A DNA stretch of 36,472 nucleotides from an uncultured Aminicenantes bacterium (GTDB taxonomy: Bacteria > Acidobacteriota > Aminicenantia > UBA2199): contig CBDAFS010000060.1 of NCBI GenBank assembly GCA_965195285.1, positions 1 through 36,472 on the forward strand, written 5' to 3'. How positions within the stretch are numbered: position 1 is the first letter of the stretch; each line of letters starts with the position of its first letter. The position numbers and the translations under genes are program-made. Below, piece by piece: positions 7,648 to 17,288 of this stretch. Under the pieces are notes generated by a model, which did not search any database, was not told the DNA's origin, and saw only the letters and a program-made list of their open reading frames with translations.

Positions 7648-9633
7648 ATGATTCACCAAGTTTCCTACAATTTTAAACTGGATGTATTTCAACAGAAGGC
7701 AATTGAAGCGGTTGAAAATGATTGCTCCATTGTTGTATCAGCGCCTACCGGATCAGGAAAAACCGTTATAGCCGAGTATGTGATTAAGAAATGTTTGAAT
7801 CAAGGATACGGAGTTATCTATACGGCCCCTATAAAAGCACTGTCCAATCAAAAATTCAGGGAATTTAAAATGTTGTTTCCGGATCAGGTGGGAATCATTA
7901 CCGGTGATGTCAGTATTAATCCATCGGCACCGTTTTTAATCATGACAACTGAAATTTTTCGTAATCGAATTCTTGAGAACGATTCCAGTTTTGCCAAACA
8001 TTCATGGATTATTTTTGATGAAATTCATTATCTCGATGACATTGAGAGGGGGACCGTATGGGAAGAGTCACTGATTTTCTTACCTAATCATATGCGTTTT
8101 GTAGGCCTCTCCGCAACAATTCCCAATTTAACTGAGTTTTGTTCATGGTTAAAGGAAATTCATCGGAATGAGATTACTATGATAAAGGAAGAGAATCGAC
8201 CCGTACCGCTTCATCATTATTTTCAATGTAGAGGGAAAATCCTCAACAATCTTTTTACCGTTAAGCGAGTTGCCTACACAGGAAAAAGAAGCTTTCATCA
8301 TGGAAGGAATTATGGAATCTCAAATTCCCGTTATTTAAAAAATTCTTCTCAATCAAATAAACCGGAACGTTTGATGACCCATCTTTTAAAATCTGACCAG
8401 CTCCCCTGTATTTATTTTGCCTTTAGTCGAAAGCGCTGTGAATTTTTGGCTTTACGAGCACTTGATTTCGATTTTATCACCCTTGATGAAAAAACGGTAG
8501 TCCTGAAAACTTTTGATACTTTATGTCTGCAGTTGGGAATAGAGGCCTCGGAACGTGCTCAGACCCTGAGAAAATGTGTTGAGAAGGGTGTTGCCTATCA
8601 TCATGCCGGATTGCATCCCTTGCTCAAGGAGGTGATTGAACAGCTTTTCTCCAGAAGGTTGATTAAATTAATCTTTACGACCGAAACGTTTGCCCTGGGA
8701 ATTAATATGCCGGCCCGAACCGTTGTCCTTGATGATTTAAAAAAGAAGTATGGCCGTTTTTATCGTCACTTGAAGAGGCGTGATTTTTCACAGATGGCGG
8801 GCAGATCCGGGAGAAGGGGAATTGATAAAGAGGGATTTGTCTACAGCCGGATCAATCCTGATGAGTTGTCTTTCCAGGAATTGAAACAGATTTATACCGG
8901 TTACCCGGAACCCATCTTAAGCCGGTTCAATATTTCCTATGCAACCATTTTGAGTTTGTATGAAATTTACGGTGATCAACTCATTGATATTTATCCCCGT
9001 TCATTTCATTTTTTTCAGCAAAAAAATAAAAAACGCAGCAATCAGCTCGAACAGATAAAATCAAGGTTGAAAATACTCAAACAATTGGAATATATAAAAA
9101 ATAATGAATTAACTGAGAAAGGGTTGTTTGCCAAAAAAATATATGGCTATGAACTTCCGCTTTCGGAATTGTTCGGATCGGGGTTGCTGGAAACTTTTAC
9201 TGCCCCACAATTGGCCATGATTTGCTTGTCCATGGTTTATGAACCTCGCCCCAGGAGAAGATTTCCCAAGGGGAGCAGAGAAGTAAAAAACATGAGGTCC
9301 ATAACCAACCAAATATCCAAACATATTAACCTTATTGAAACCAGATTCAGGATTACCCCGCTTAGCAAAAAATGGTATTATGACTTGGTTCCTTCGCTTG
9401 TCTTATGGATAGATAACAAATCCTTTGATGAAATCATGACCTTTGCAGACCACGATGAAGGGGAAGTTATTCGGTTTTATCGCATGTGCCTTCAAATTTT
9501 GCGTGAGATCAAGGATGCACCTATACCGGCCAACTTTGAATGTAAGGTTGATGAGGCTATTGAAATGATAAATAGGGGAGTTATCGATGCGGCACAGCAA
9601 TTGAAGCAAGTCTCTACAATGGATGAAGCATAA
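7648..9633 (+). CDS. helY: Ski2/HelY-like DExH RNA helicase
   Basis: Motifs APTGSGKT, YTAPIKALSNQK, MTTEIFRN, DEIH, LSAT, HHAG, TETFALGINMPAR, QMAGRSGRRG, and a DSHCT-like C-terminus (DEGEVIR). ATG 7648 follows GAGG. Confidence 0.88.
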   Translation: MIHQVSYNFKLDVFQQKAIEAVENDCSIVVSAPTGSGKTVIAEYVIKKCLNQGYGVIYTAPIKALSNQKFREFKMLFPDQVGIITGDVSINPSAPFLIMTTEIFRNRILENDSSFAKHSWIIFDEIHYLDDIERGTVWEESLIFLPNHMRFVGLSATIPNLTEFCSWLKEIHRNEITMIKEENRPVPLHHYFQCRGKILNNLFTVKRVAYTGKRSFHHGRNYGISNSRYLKNSSQSNKPERLMTHLLKSDQLPCIYFAFSRKRCEFLALRALDFDFITLDEKTVVLKTFDTLCLQLGIEASERAQTLRKCVEKGVAYHHAGLHPLLKEVIEQLFSRRLIKLIFTTETFALGINMPARTVVLDDLKKKYGRFYRHLKRRDFSQMAGRSGRRGIDKEGFVYSRINPDELSFQELKQIYTGYPEPILSRFNISYATILSLYEIYGDQLIDIYPRSFHFFQQKNKKRSNQLEQIKSRLKILKQLEYIKNNELTEKGLFAKKIYGYELPLSELFGSGLLETFTAPQLAMICLSMVYEPRPRRRFPKGSREVKNMRSITNQISKHINLIETRFRITPLSKKWYYDLVPSLVLWIDNKSFDEIMTFADHDEGEVIRFYRMCLQILREIKDAPIPANFECKVDEAIEMINRGVIDAAQQLKQVSTMDEA

Positions 9634-9690
9634 AGACCCGTTTTTTTTGGTTGGAGTTTATGGTAAAATAAAAAGAAAACCGGACTGGAG

Positions 9691-10836
9691 ATGATTGAAA
9701 AATCTGAAGGCATGACAGTGGAATCCGCAGGGAAAATCCTATTCTATAAAGTTGATAAAAATTATATCCCTATTTTTAGGAAAACATTTTCAGATTCCCA
9801 AATTGAAGTACTGGAATCAGATGAATTTTCGATCGCAGAAGAAATGATCAAAAGCGAAAATCCGGATATTGTTTTAACCGATTTTGATTCGGGGAATGAA
9901 GATGCCATTCGATTACTGAAATTTGTAAAAGAGCGATTTCCGTCCATATATCGAATGGTTATCTTGAAAACAGAGGAGCAAAAGAAAGCCATTTTTTTTG
10001 TTTTTAAAGGCATTGCCAATAATTGTTTTGAGAAGCCCCACGGCATGGTGGGATTAATGTCCAATGTCATCCATATTCTGGAAATTAGGAAGACCTTAAA
10101 AAGCAAAAACCTTCTTGAACTTCTGAGTACAATTGAAAATCTGATTGCCTTACCCAGTACCTTTATCAAATTTAATGAAGCGTTGGATGCCGACAAGCCA
10201 ACTGATGAAATCATTGCAATTTTGGAAGATGACATGTCCATTGCCACCAAAATTCTTCAGATTACCAATTCTGCTTTTTTCAGGGAACATAAAATCTCCT
10301 CAATCGCCAAAGCGTATGATTACCTGGGTGCTCACAATATAAAAAATATTGTGACCATTTTTTGTTATCACAGTATGGAGAAACTGGAAGAAAGTTATAA
10401 CCAGGCATTCAAAGCCATTATTAAGCATTCAGTCCGTGTCAACCGTGAACTTTTTTCCTCTTATGAACTCAGGACCGGAGAGAAATTATCCGAATTGTTT
10501 GCATCGGCGGGAATTACCCATGATATAGGTAAAATAATTCTTTTAAAGTACTTGCCAGATCGATTCAAGGAAATTATAAATTTTCAGGAAGACAATCCTC
10601 AGGATGACTTTTATTCCAGTGAGATCAAGCTGGGTTACGAAGGGATTACCCATGAAGAGATCGGTGCCTTTTTTCTTGATCTCTGGAACTTACCTGAGGA
10701 AAATGTCAATACTGCTTTGTACCATCACAACTATTCAGAAGCAATGGAATACCATAAAAAAATGTTTGAAATATTTAAAGACGTCAACTATGATATGGAA
10801 ATTATTGAATACACCAAGATGTTCGAACATATATAG
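9691..10836 (+). CDS. Receiver-domain + HDOD-domain signalling protein
   Basis: N-terminal PDIVLTD and FEKP receiver motifs; HDOD motifs LPS, D..IATKIL..NSAFF, AGITHDIGK, THEEIGA...W.LP, HH. Confidence 0.85.
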   Translation: MIEKSEGMTVESAGKILFYKVDKNYIPIFRKTFSDSQIEVLESDEFSIAEEMIKSENPDIVLTDFDSGNEDAIRLLKFVKERFPSIYRMVILKTEEQKKAIFFVFKGIANNCFEKPHGMVGLMSNVIHILEIRKTLKSKNLLELLSTIENLIALPSTFIKFNEALDADKPTDEIIAILEDDMSIATKILQITNSAFFREHKISSIAKAYDYLGAHNIKNIVTIFCYHSMEKLEESYNQAFKAIIKHSVRVNRELFSSYELRTGEKLSELFASAGITHDIGKIILLKYLPDRFKEIINFQEDNPQDDFYSSEIKLGYEGITHEEIGAFFLDLWNLPEENVNTALYHHNYSEAMEYHKKMFEIFKDVNYDMEIIEYTKMFEHI

Positions 10837-10899
10837 CATTATCAACAGTACTTGATCCTAAATGTATTTCATTTATCGATTCGAGTTTTACTTCTTCCC

Positions 10900-10928
10900 T
10901 TGACAAAGTGAGCGATTTGAAATATAAA
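10900..10928 (+). promoter_or_regulatory. Sigma70 promoter for the tRNA-Leu / purN / recG run
   Basis: TTGACA(10900-10905)-N17-TATAAA(10923-10928). Confidence 0.6.
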
Positions 10929-10959
10929 TAAAAGCTGTTGGTCTGTTTTATTACCTCAA

Positions 10960-11043
10960 GCCGAAGTGGTGGAATTGGTAGACACGCAGGTTTCAGGTAC
11001 CTGTGGGAGTAATCCTGTGGGGGTTCGAGTCCCCCCTTCGGCA
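10960..11043 (+). tRNA. tRNA-Leu (anticodon CAG), CCA not encoded
   Basis: Acceptor stem GCCGAAG/CTTCGGC, D loop with GG, anticodon arm CAGGT-TTCAGGT-ACCTG (CAG at 10994-10996), long variable arm, T loop TTCGAGT. Confidence 0.96.
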
Positions 11044-11050
11044 TTTTAAT

Positions 11051-11659
11051 ATGAATAAGGGAAAAGTTGCCATTTTTTTATCCGGGAGGGGTTCAAATTT
11101 CGAGGCGATATATCAATCATCTCAACATCCTGGGGCCAATTTTGAGATTGCCGTGGTTATCAGTGATAAAAAAGATGCCCCGGGTTTGGAAAGAGCAAAA
11201 GAATTTGGTTTACCGGCTCACCTGGTATTGCCCGAATTGTTTAATTCGAAAGAAGAATATGAAAAGCATCTGGTTAAACTCTTAAGGGAAATGGATGTAG
11301 ATTTGGTATGCCTGGCCGGGTATATGAGAATTGTCGGTGAAGACTTGTTGAAGGCCTTTGAAAACCGGATTATGAACATCCATCCTGCGCTTCTCCCCTC
11401 ATTCCCTGGATTACATGCTCAGAAGCAGGCCTTTGATTATGGGGTTAAAATCAGTGGTTGTACGGTTCATTTTATTGATTCCGGAGTTGATACCGGTCCA
11501 ATTCTTCTGCAACAGCCGGTGGAAGTCCTCGAAGATGATAATGAGGAGACATTGAGTAATCGAATTTTAGCCGTAGAGCATAAAATATATTCCCAGGCTA
11601 TCCGATTATTTTTTGAAAATCGTTTGAAGCTTAGGGAAAGAAGGGTTATAATATCTTGA
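11051..11659 (+). CDS. purN: Phosphoribosylglycinamide formyltransferase
   Basis: Motifs SGRGSNF, LAGYMRI, NIHPALLPSFPG, GCTVHF..GVDTGPI, EH. The real start is ATG 11051; the ORF-track start lies inside the tRNA. Confidence 0.96.
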   Translation: MNKGKVAIFLSGRGSNFEAIYQSSQHPGANFEIAVVISDKKDAPGLERAKEFGLPAHLVLPELFNSKEEYEKHLVKLLREMDVDLVCLAGYMRIVGEDLLKAFENRIMNIHPALLPSFPGLHAQKQAFDYGVKISGCTVHFIDSGVDTGPILLQQPVEVLEDDNEETLSNRILAVEHKIYSQAIRLFFENRLKLRERRVIIS

Positions 11660-12216
11660 ACATGAAATTAAAAGGTTTCATAATTGGATTAATTTCTTTT
11701 TCTGTACTCCTTTTTTCCGCCGAATTTTCTGTTGTCAAAGCCAAAAAGATGGATGATTTTCTGAGGCGGATCAGAGAAAAAACAAAAGATGCAGTCTATT
11801 TGAAAAAGATGACTTTCAGCGAAATGGAAGTAAACTCTTATATAAATATCTTCTATTTGAAGCGCTATTCCCCGGAAGTCAAATATTTAAAACTTGATTT
11901 TAGAAAAAACAATTATGTTTCCGGGATTATGAAAGTTTATCTGGCCGGGAAAAAATATGAAAAGGTCCCGTCATTTTTAAAAGACATAAAGATTGAATTT
12001 TCCGGCAAACTGGAATGTAAGAACTATAGAGTCAGGTATATATTTGAAAAGATGGAAATAAACGGGACTCACTTTTCACCTGAAATACTGGATGAGGCTT
12101 TTAATGCAGCCCAGGCCGGTTTTAATGTGAGAAAATCCATATTTGACTGGTTTTCCCTTCTCCCGGGATTAAAGAATGTTGTGATTGGTTATAAAAAGAT
12201 CACTGTCTATTACTAA
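11656..12216 (+). CDS. Hypothetical exported protein
   Basis: Signal-peptide-like N-terminus; overlaps the purN stop codon (start is TTG 11656 or ATG 11662). Confidence 0.7.
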   Translation: MNMKLKGFIIGLISFSVLLFSAEFSVVKAKKMDDFLRRIREKTKDAVYLKKMTFSEMEVNSYINIFYLKRYSPEVKYLKLDFRKNNYVSGIMKVYLAGKKYEKVPSFLKDIKIEFSGKLECKNYRVRYIFEKMEINGTHFSPEILDEAFNAAQAGFNVRKSIFDWFSLLPGLKNVVIGYKKITVYY

Positions 12217-12225
12217 TTAATCCTT

Positions 12226-14262
12226 TTGATTTTAAAACTGAGTTCCCCTATCGGAAAAGTCAAAGGTATTGGTGAAAAGTATATCCAGATTTTAAACCAC
12301 CAGGGTATATTCTCTGTATTTGATCTGTTGTTGCGCTTTCCGGTATATTATATTGATTTTTCTTCGAGCCCTTCTGAATTGTTAGTGGGACAGGAAGGAT
12401 CATTCCCGATTGAATTAAAAAATGCCAGGCTCACCCGCAATTTTAAGAAAAGAATATCCCTGCTCAAAGTAAATGGATATTTTAAACAACAACCGATTCA
12501 AATAGTTTTTTTTAACCAGCCTTATTTATTGGAGTTTTTTCAGAAGTACGAGAAAGTATGGATTTATGGTAAGGTTGAAACACGGGATCAGGTTTTTCAA
12601 TTCACAAATCCGGTATTTTTTCCAGATATAAAAGAGAAGAAAATCATTCCCGTTTATCGTCGAATCACCACCATTAAATCCGGTCAGATAAGAAGGATTA
12701 TGGAGAATGTTTTTGAAAACCTGGAAGATGATTATGAAAATCTACCTCAATCCCTTTTAGAAAAATATAATTTTAAAACCATATCTCATTCCTTGAAAGA
12801 AGTCCATTCTCCAGAAAAATACAATGAGAATTATATAAACAACCAGAAACAACGGTTTGTCTACACCGAGTTCCTTTTATTTGAACTGGAATTACAGAAA
12901 ATAAGGGCTTTTTTTAGCCATGTTTCCCGTATTCATGATTATGTGATTAATGATAAAATCAAGCGTTCGATTGAAAACAGTCTGTCGTTTGAACTGACTG
13001 CAGACCAAATCCATGCTTTTGAGGATATAGTCAATGATCTGAAGTCCGACTATACCATGAAACGACTCATACAGGGTGATGTCGGGTCAGGAAAAACCGT
13101 TGTTGCTTTTTTGGCACTTCTGGTAGCAAAAGAAAATGGATATCAAGGTGCATTTCTGGCTCCTACGGAAATTTTGGTCAATCAACATTTCAGAAAAGCA
13201 ATCGATTTTTTTACAGGTGCTCAAATTGGAATAATAACTGGTTCCACGCCACTCCAGGAGAAAAAAAGGATTATTGAAGGTTTAATGAAAGGAAATATTG
13301 ACATCATTTTCGGAACCCATGCCCTGTTAAATGAGAAAATTCAATTCAGACACCTTTCTATGATTGTGATTGATGAACAGCACCGATTCGGGGTTTCTCA
13401 ACGAGCGGCTTTGTATTATAAAAGCAAATCCGTAGATCTTCTGGTTACCACAGCCACTCCAATTCCCAGAACGTTGCTCCTCACCTTATTCAATGATCTT
13501 CGGGTTTCAAAGATTGAAAGTATGCCTGCGGGGAGGAAACCCATCATCACCAAGATTATCAAACCAGAGAGCAGAAACTCTTTTTATATATGGCTTCGGA
13601 AAAAAATTGAGAAAGGGGCCAAAACCTTTATTGTATTACCATTGATTGAGAAATCTGACTTTTTTCATAGCTTGAGATCCATTGAGGGAGAAACCGAATA
13701 TTATAATCAGGTTTTTGCTCCTTTCAAAGTGGAATTTATTTCCGGGAAAAGCTCCTCTCTAAAAAAAGACAGGGCCCTGAAGGCTTTTTTTTCTGGAAAG
13801 ATTAAGATTCTTGTTGCCACAACACTCATTGAAGTCGGTATCGATATTAAGGATTCTGATATTATTGTCATTGAGAATGCGGATCGGTATGGTCTGGCTC
13901 AACTTCATCAACTCAGGGGGAGGGTGGGAAGAGGGGAACTTCAATCGTATTGCTATTTACATCCTTCTCCCAATCTCACCAGGAACGGAAAAAAACGTTT
14001 AAAAACAATTGTTTCCAGTTGCAATGGTTTTGAGATAGCCGAGATTGACTTGAATATGAGAGGGGGTGGTTTTATTTCCGGTTTGGAGCAATCGGGATTT
14101 CTTGACTTTAGAATCGGAGATGTAAAAGGGGATTATTCTGTTCTGATTGAGGCTCAGAAAGATGCCGAACAAATCATGAAAAATAAGTCCCTGCATAATA
14201 ATTTTATTTCAGATTTTCTGTTATCGGTTCAACGTAAAATCGAGACCATCAGTTTCAGTTGA
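12226..14262 (+). CDS. recG: ATP-dependent DNA helicase RecG
   Basis: N-terminal wedge (KGIG, FFNQPYL); motifs QGDVGSGKT, APTEIL, DEQHRFGV, TATPIPRT, GLAQLHQLRGRVGRG, GFEIAEIDL.RG.G. Confidence 0.96.
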   Translation: MILKLSSPIGKVKGIGEKYIQILNHQGIFSVFDLLLRFPVYYIDFSSSPSELLVGQEGSFPIELKNARLTRNFKKRISLLKVNGYFKQQPIQIVFFNQPYLLEFFQKYEKVWIYGKVETRDQVFQFTNPVFFPDIKEKKIIPVYRRITTIKSGQIRRIMENVFENLEDDYENLPQSLLEKYNFKTISHSLKEVHSPEKYNENYINNQKQRFVYTEFLLFELELQKIRAFFSHVSRIHDYVINDKIKRSIENSLSFELTADQIHAFEDIVNDLKSDYTMKRLIQGDVGSGKTVVAFLALLVAKENGYQGAFLAPTEILVNQHFRKAIDFFTGAQIGIITGSTPLQEKKRIIEGLMKGNIDIIFGTHALLNEKIQFRHLSMIVIDEQHRFGVSQRAALYYKSKSVDLLVTTATPIPRTLLLTLFNDLRVSKIESMPAGRKPIITKIIKPESRNSFYIWLRKKIEKGAKTFIVLPLIEKSDFFHSLRSIEGETEYYNQVFAPFKVEFISGKSSSLKKDRALKAFFSGKIKILVATTLIEVGIDIKDSDIIVIENADRYGLAQLHQLRGRVGRGELQSYCYLHPSPNLTRNGKKRLKTIVSSCNGFEIAEIDLNMRGGGFISGLEQSGFLDFRIGDVKGDYSVLIEAQKDAEQIMKNKSLHNNFISDFLLSVQRKIETISFS

Positions 14263-14365
14263 GGAAGCCAAAATTTGAAATTCAAATTAAAAAAAGACTT
14301 GAAATTTTCCGGAGCCTCATTTATATTATTGATAGAATCTATTGGTTCGATATAAGGAGATAATA

Positions 14366-14671
14366 ATGGTTAAGAAAGCAGTTGCCTCAATTTTATTTTC
14401 AATCTTTATGATAATGCTCTTTTCAGCTTGTCTGCGGCCACCCCGGCATTATTATAATCCTCCGCCTCCTAAAAAGATGCACCGGGCAAGGGCTCCTCAT
14501 CCAAGCCATATTTGGGTTCAGGGTTATCATGTATGGCGAAGTGGCCGTTGGATCTGGATGAGTGGGTACTGGCAGAAACCCAAAAGAGGTTATAAATGGA
14601 TTCCGGGTCATTATGAAAAGAGAAAAAAGCACAAGGTATGGATTCCTGGTCATTGGAAACGGAGACATTGA
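14366..14671 (+). CDS. YXWGXW-repeat lipoprotein
   Basis: RBS AAGGAG before ATG 14366; lipobox LFSAC; Pro-rich linker; repeats WVQGYH, WMSGYW, WIPGHY, WIPGHW. Confidence 0.85.
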   Translation: MVKKAVASILFSIFMIMLFSACLRPPRHYYNPPPPKKMHRARAPHPSHIWVQGYHVWRSGRWIWMSGYWQKPKRGYKWIPGHYEKRKKHKVWIPGHWKRRH

Positions 14672-14684
14672 AGAAACATGCTTT

Positions 14685-15467
14685 TTATAGAGGATTGAGT
14701 CCAATTTTTTTCAGGGTATTGGAAAGGGGGAATGGATATTCTTCTGTAGTCATATAAATTTTTGTGACCAGTTCAAGAGGCACTTTTTCGAAATAGTGAG
14801 TCCAGCCAAATTGATTTTTTACTTTTTTCATTTTATAAAAAGGCATTAGCGTTTCGGTCAGTATTTTATCTCCTGAACTCAATATATATAATGGTTTTTT
14901 AAAGTATTTTGCAGCCAAAGCAAGTGAAAGACTGCCGGATTTATTGATGATGTGTTTTTTGCCAATTAAATCTGCCCCAAGAATAATACCATCTGTTTTT
15001 CTAATTTCAGAACCCAGTCGGCTATCTTCATACACCTTAACATTGTGATAATCTTTTAATAGATTATAGGTAATGAGGCCCTCTTTATCAGGGTATGAAA
15101 TGCCCGCTTTAATCTCACATCTGGATCGATTGTGCTTTAAACATTCAATCACCCAGTGACTCATGGACAGGGTAATCCATTTTAGAGAGTTTTGGTTTTC
15201 GGCCCAAAATTGTTTAAAGATTTTTTCATGGTATGATTTAATTCCAGTTATGGGCTTTCCTTCTTTGATCAAGCAGAGGTAATTAATCCGGTTGATTACC
15301 GAGGCCATTGAGGAATGGACCGAGAGAAACTGTCCCATTGTTTTTTGAAAAATACCCTCGGGAATGTAGGGAAAAACATCTTCTATTCGGGCTGATATAA
15401 CAGAACTACCCGAGGTGTTGTCATTTAAAATATTTTGAATTCTTTTGCTTAACTCAGTTCGATCCAT
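14685..15467 (-). CDS. eIF-2B alpha/beta/delta-like (ribose-1,5-bisphosphate isomerase-like) family protein
   Basis: Motifs NDNTSGSS, H.SMA, ITLSMS, P..EG, GADLI, INKSGS..LAL.A, FEKVP. Confidence 0.75.
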   Translation of the reverse strand: MDRTELSKRIQNILNDNTSGSSVISARIEDVFPYIPEGIFQKTMGQFLSVHSSMASVINRINYLCLIKEGKPITGIKSYHEKIFKQFWAENQNSLKWITLSMSHWVIECLKHNRSRCEIKAGISYPDKEGLITYNLLKDYHNVKVYEDSRLGSEIRKTDGIILGADLIGKKHIINKSGSLSLALAAKYFKKPLYILSSGDKILTETLMPFYKMKKVKNQFGWTHYFEKVPLELVTKIYMTTEEYPFPLSNTLKKIGLNPL

Positions 15468-15495
15468 TTTTTCATTTTATGGATTTTGTTCTGTT

Positions 15496-16242
15496 TTACC
15501 CTGGCTGGGTATCTTTGGTTTGATTCCATTCGAAATCGTCTCCCAAGAAAAGATTTCTGGTTTTTTCCTCTTTGGCAACATCGGATGGGGTACCTTTGCT
15601 CAGAATTTTTCCCTTATGGATAATATATACTCTTTCAGTAATATTGAAGGTGTCCTTAACATTGTGATCGGTTATGATGATTCCAATATTTCTCTTTTTT
15701 AATTTTAGAATGGTTTTCTGGATTTCAAGTATGGTAATCGGATCAATTCCGGTAAAAGGTTCGTCCAAGAATAGGAATTTTGGCTTCATGATCATGGCTC
15801 TGGCAATTTCCAATCTTCGCTTTTCCCCGCCTGATAGTTGGTGCGCTTTTGAATTTTTGACATACATAAGTCCGAAATCATTGAGCAATTCAATGGCTTT
15901 CTGGTTGGCATTTTTTTCATTATTATATAGTTCGAGTATTTGGTATAGATTTTGGTAAACCGAGGTTTTTAAAAAAACCGAGTGCTGTTGGGGGAGATAA
16001 ATCAATCCCTTCTCTGCTCTCATATAAGACGGAAATCTGTTGATATTTTCATTATTTAGAAAAACCGATCCTGAATTCGGTTTGACAATGCCAGATAACA
16101 TTAAAAATGTTGTTGTTTTCCCAGCCCCATTGCGGCCCAGTAATCCAATGATTTCACCGGACTTAATGGTTAAATCGATTTTGTTCACGACAGGAATTTT
16201 ATTATAGATTTTCTTCAATTGGTCAGTTTTAAGTATGTCCAT
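15496..16242 (-). CDS. lptB: LPS export ABC transporter ATP-binding protein
   Basis: Motifs GLLGRNGAGKTTTF, YLPQ..SVF, LSGGEKRRLEIARA, LDEPFTGIDP, ITDHNV, FLG..F. Confidence 0.9.
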   Translation of the reverse strand: MDILKTDQLKKIYNKIPVVNKIDLTIKSGEIIGLLGRNGAGKTTTFLMLSGIVKPNSGSVFLNNENINRFPSYMRAEKGLIYLPQQHSVFLKTSVYQNLYQILELYNNEKNANQKAIELLNDFGLMYVKNSKAHQLSGGEKRRLEIARAMIMKPKFLFLDEPFTGIDPITILEIQKTILKLKKRNIGIIITDHNVKDTFNITERVYIIHKGKILSKGTPSDVAKEEKTRNLFLGDDFEWNQTKDTQPG

Positions 16243-16414
16243 TTAAGGTTTGAAAATAGAGCCTTCCCGATATGATTTAAGTGTAATCATAATCATTTAA
16301 GCGGCAAAAGTCAATTGTCTGGGAAGGCACAACATATCGTACTCCCTCCAATTTGGATATTGTATTTAGGCTTAAAATAATTTATAATCATTTTCGTGTG
16401 CGATTGACAGAAAA

Positions 16415-17206
16415 ATGAATGTTAACAAACCATCAACTTTTAATCTAGAGGAGTTTTTCAAATCCGGGCAGGTTCCTGATGAGCTGAAAAAATGCATCCT
16501 TGAGTCCCAGAAAGCAGAAGTGTTCATTGAAATGTTACCGGACATATTTCACAAATTAAGAAACAAACTGACCCCTATTATGGGATATACACAGATCTTA
16601 TATTTGAAGATTTCTGATGATGAAACCCGGGATAAATTAAATAAAATTGAAAAAAACGCTGATGAGTTATGTCTTCTGCTGGATCAACTCCGGAATTATT
16701 TTAAAAAAGGAAAAAATGTTAAAACCAGAATAAACCTGAATGACATCATTCATCATTTAAAAACATATTTTAGAGATATTGAAAAGCACAATAAAATAAA
16801 AGTGAAAATTGATATGGATAAAAATATCCCTGATGATTATTTGAATCATGGTCAAATAGAAAACCTGATTATGAATATGATCGATAATGCGGTTCTGGCA
16901 ATTGAGAAAATAAATGAAAAGAATTCGAATTTCAGAAGTTCGCCTTTGAGATCTGGAAAAATTCAGATAAAAACACAGCGGCTGGAATCAGATTACCAAT
17001 TAATCATAAAGGATAATGGAATCGGAATAAAAAAGGAAACACTATCGAAAATCTGGCTTCCATTTTATTCGAGATTTTCTGGAAGAACCGGTATTGGGTT
17101 GTTGGGTTGTAAAAGAATCATATCCAATCACAATGCCCGGGTTCAGGTCCATTCCCAAGAGGGAATTGGAACCGAATTTGAAATATTATTCCAGATAAAA
17201 CCCTGA
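16415..17206 (+). CDS. Small cytoplasmic histidine kinase (HisKA + HATPase) with an atypical H box
   Basis: FHKLRNKLTPIMGY, NMIDNA, DNGIG, PFYS, GTGIGL-like G2 box, GTEF. Confidence 0.82.
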   Translation: MNVNKPSTFNLEEFFKSGQVPDELKKCILESQKAEVFIEMLPDIFHKLRNKLTPIMGYTQILYLKISDDETRDKLNKIEKNADELCLLLDQLRNYFKKGKNVKTRINLNDIIHHLKTYFRDIEKHNKIKVKIDMDKNIPDDYLNHGQIENLIMNMIDNAVLAIEKINEKNSNFRSSPLRSGKIQIKTQRLESDYQLIIKDNGIGIKKETLSKIWLPFYSRFSGRTGIGLLGCKRIISNHNARVQVHSQEGIGTEFEILFQIKP

Positions 17207-17288
17207 ATTGATCTAGGTTTATTTTGGTGGATTTAGTGAAATTTAGGACTTATTTTCAGTATATTTAATAAGATAATTTGGAGGAGAT

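Noticed and set aside
10960-11043. tRNA-Leu as an island integration site
   Set aside because: I saw no duplicated tRNA 3' end, there is no adjacent integrase, and housekeeping genes flank it.
10802-11050. 80-aa minus ORF and the N-terminal extension of purN from 11003
   Set aside because: Both overlap tRNA-Leu; they are artefacts of reading through the tRNA.
14500-14665. Repeated TGGAT(T/C/G)...GG motifs as a possible CRISPR or DNA repeat
   Set aside because: Explained by the YXWGXW protein repeats; no spacer structure and no cas genes.
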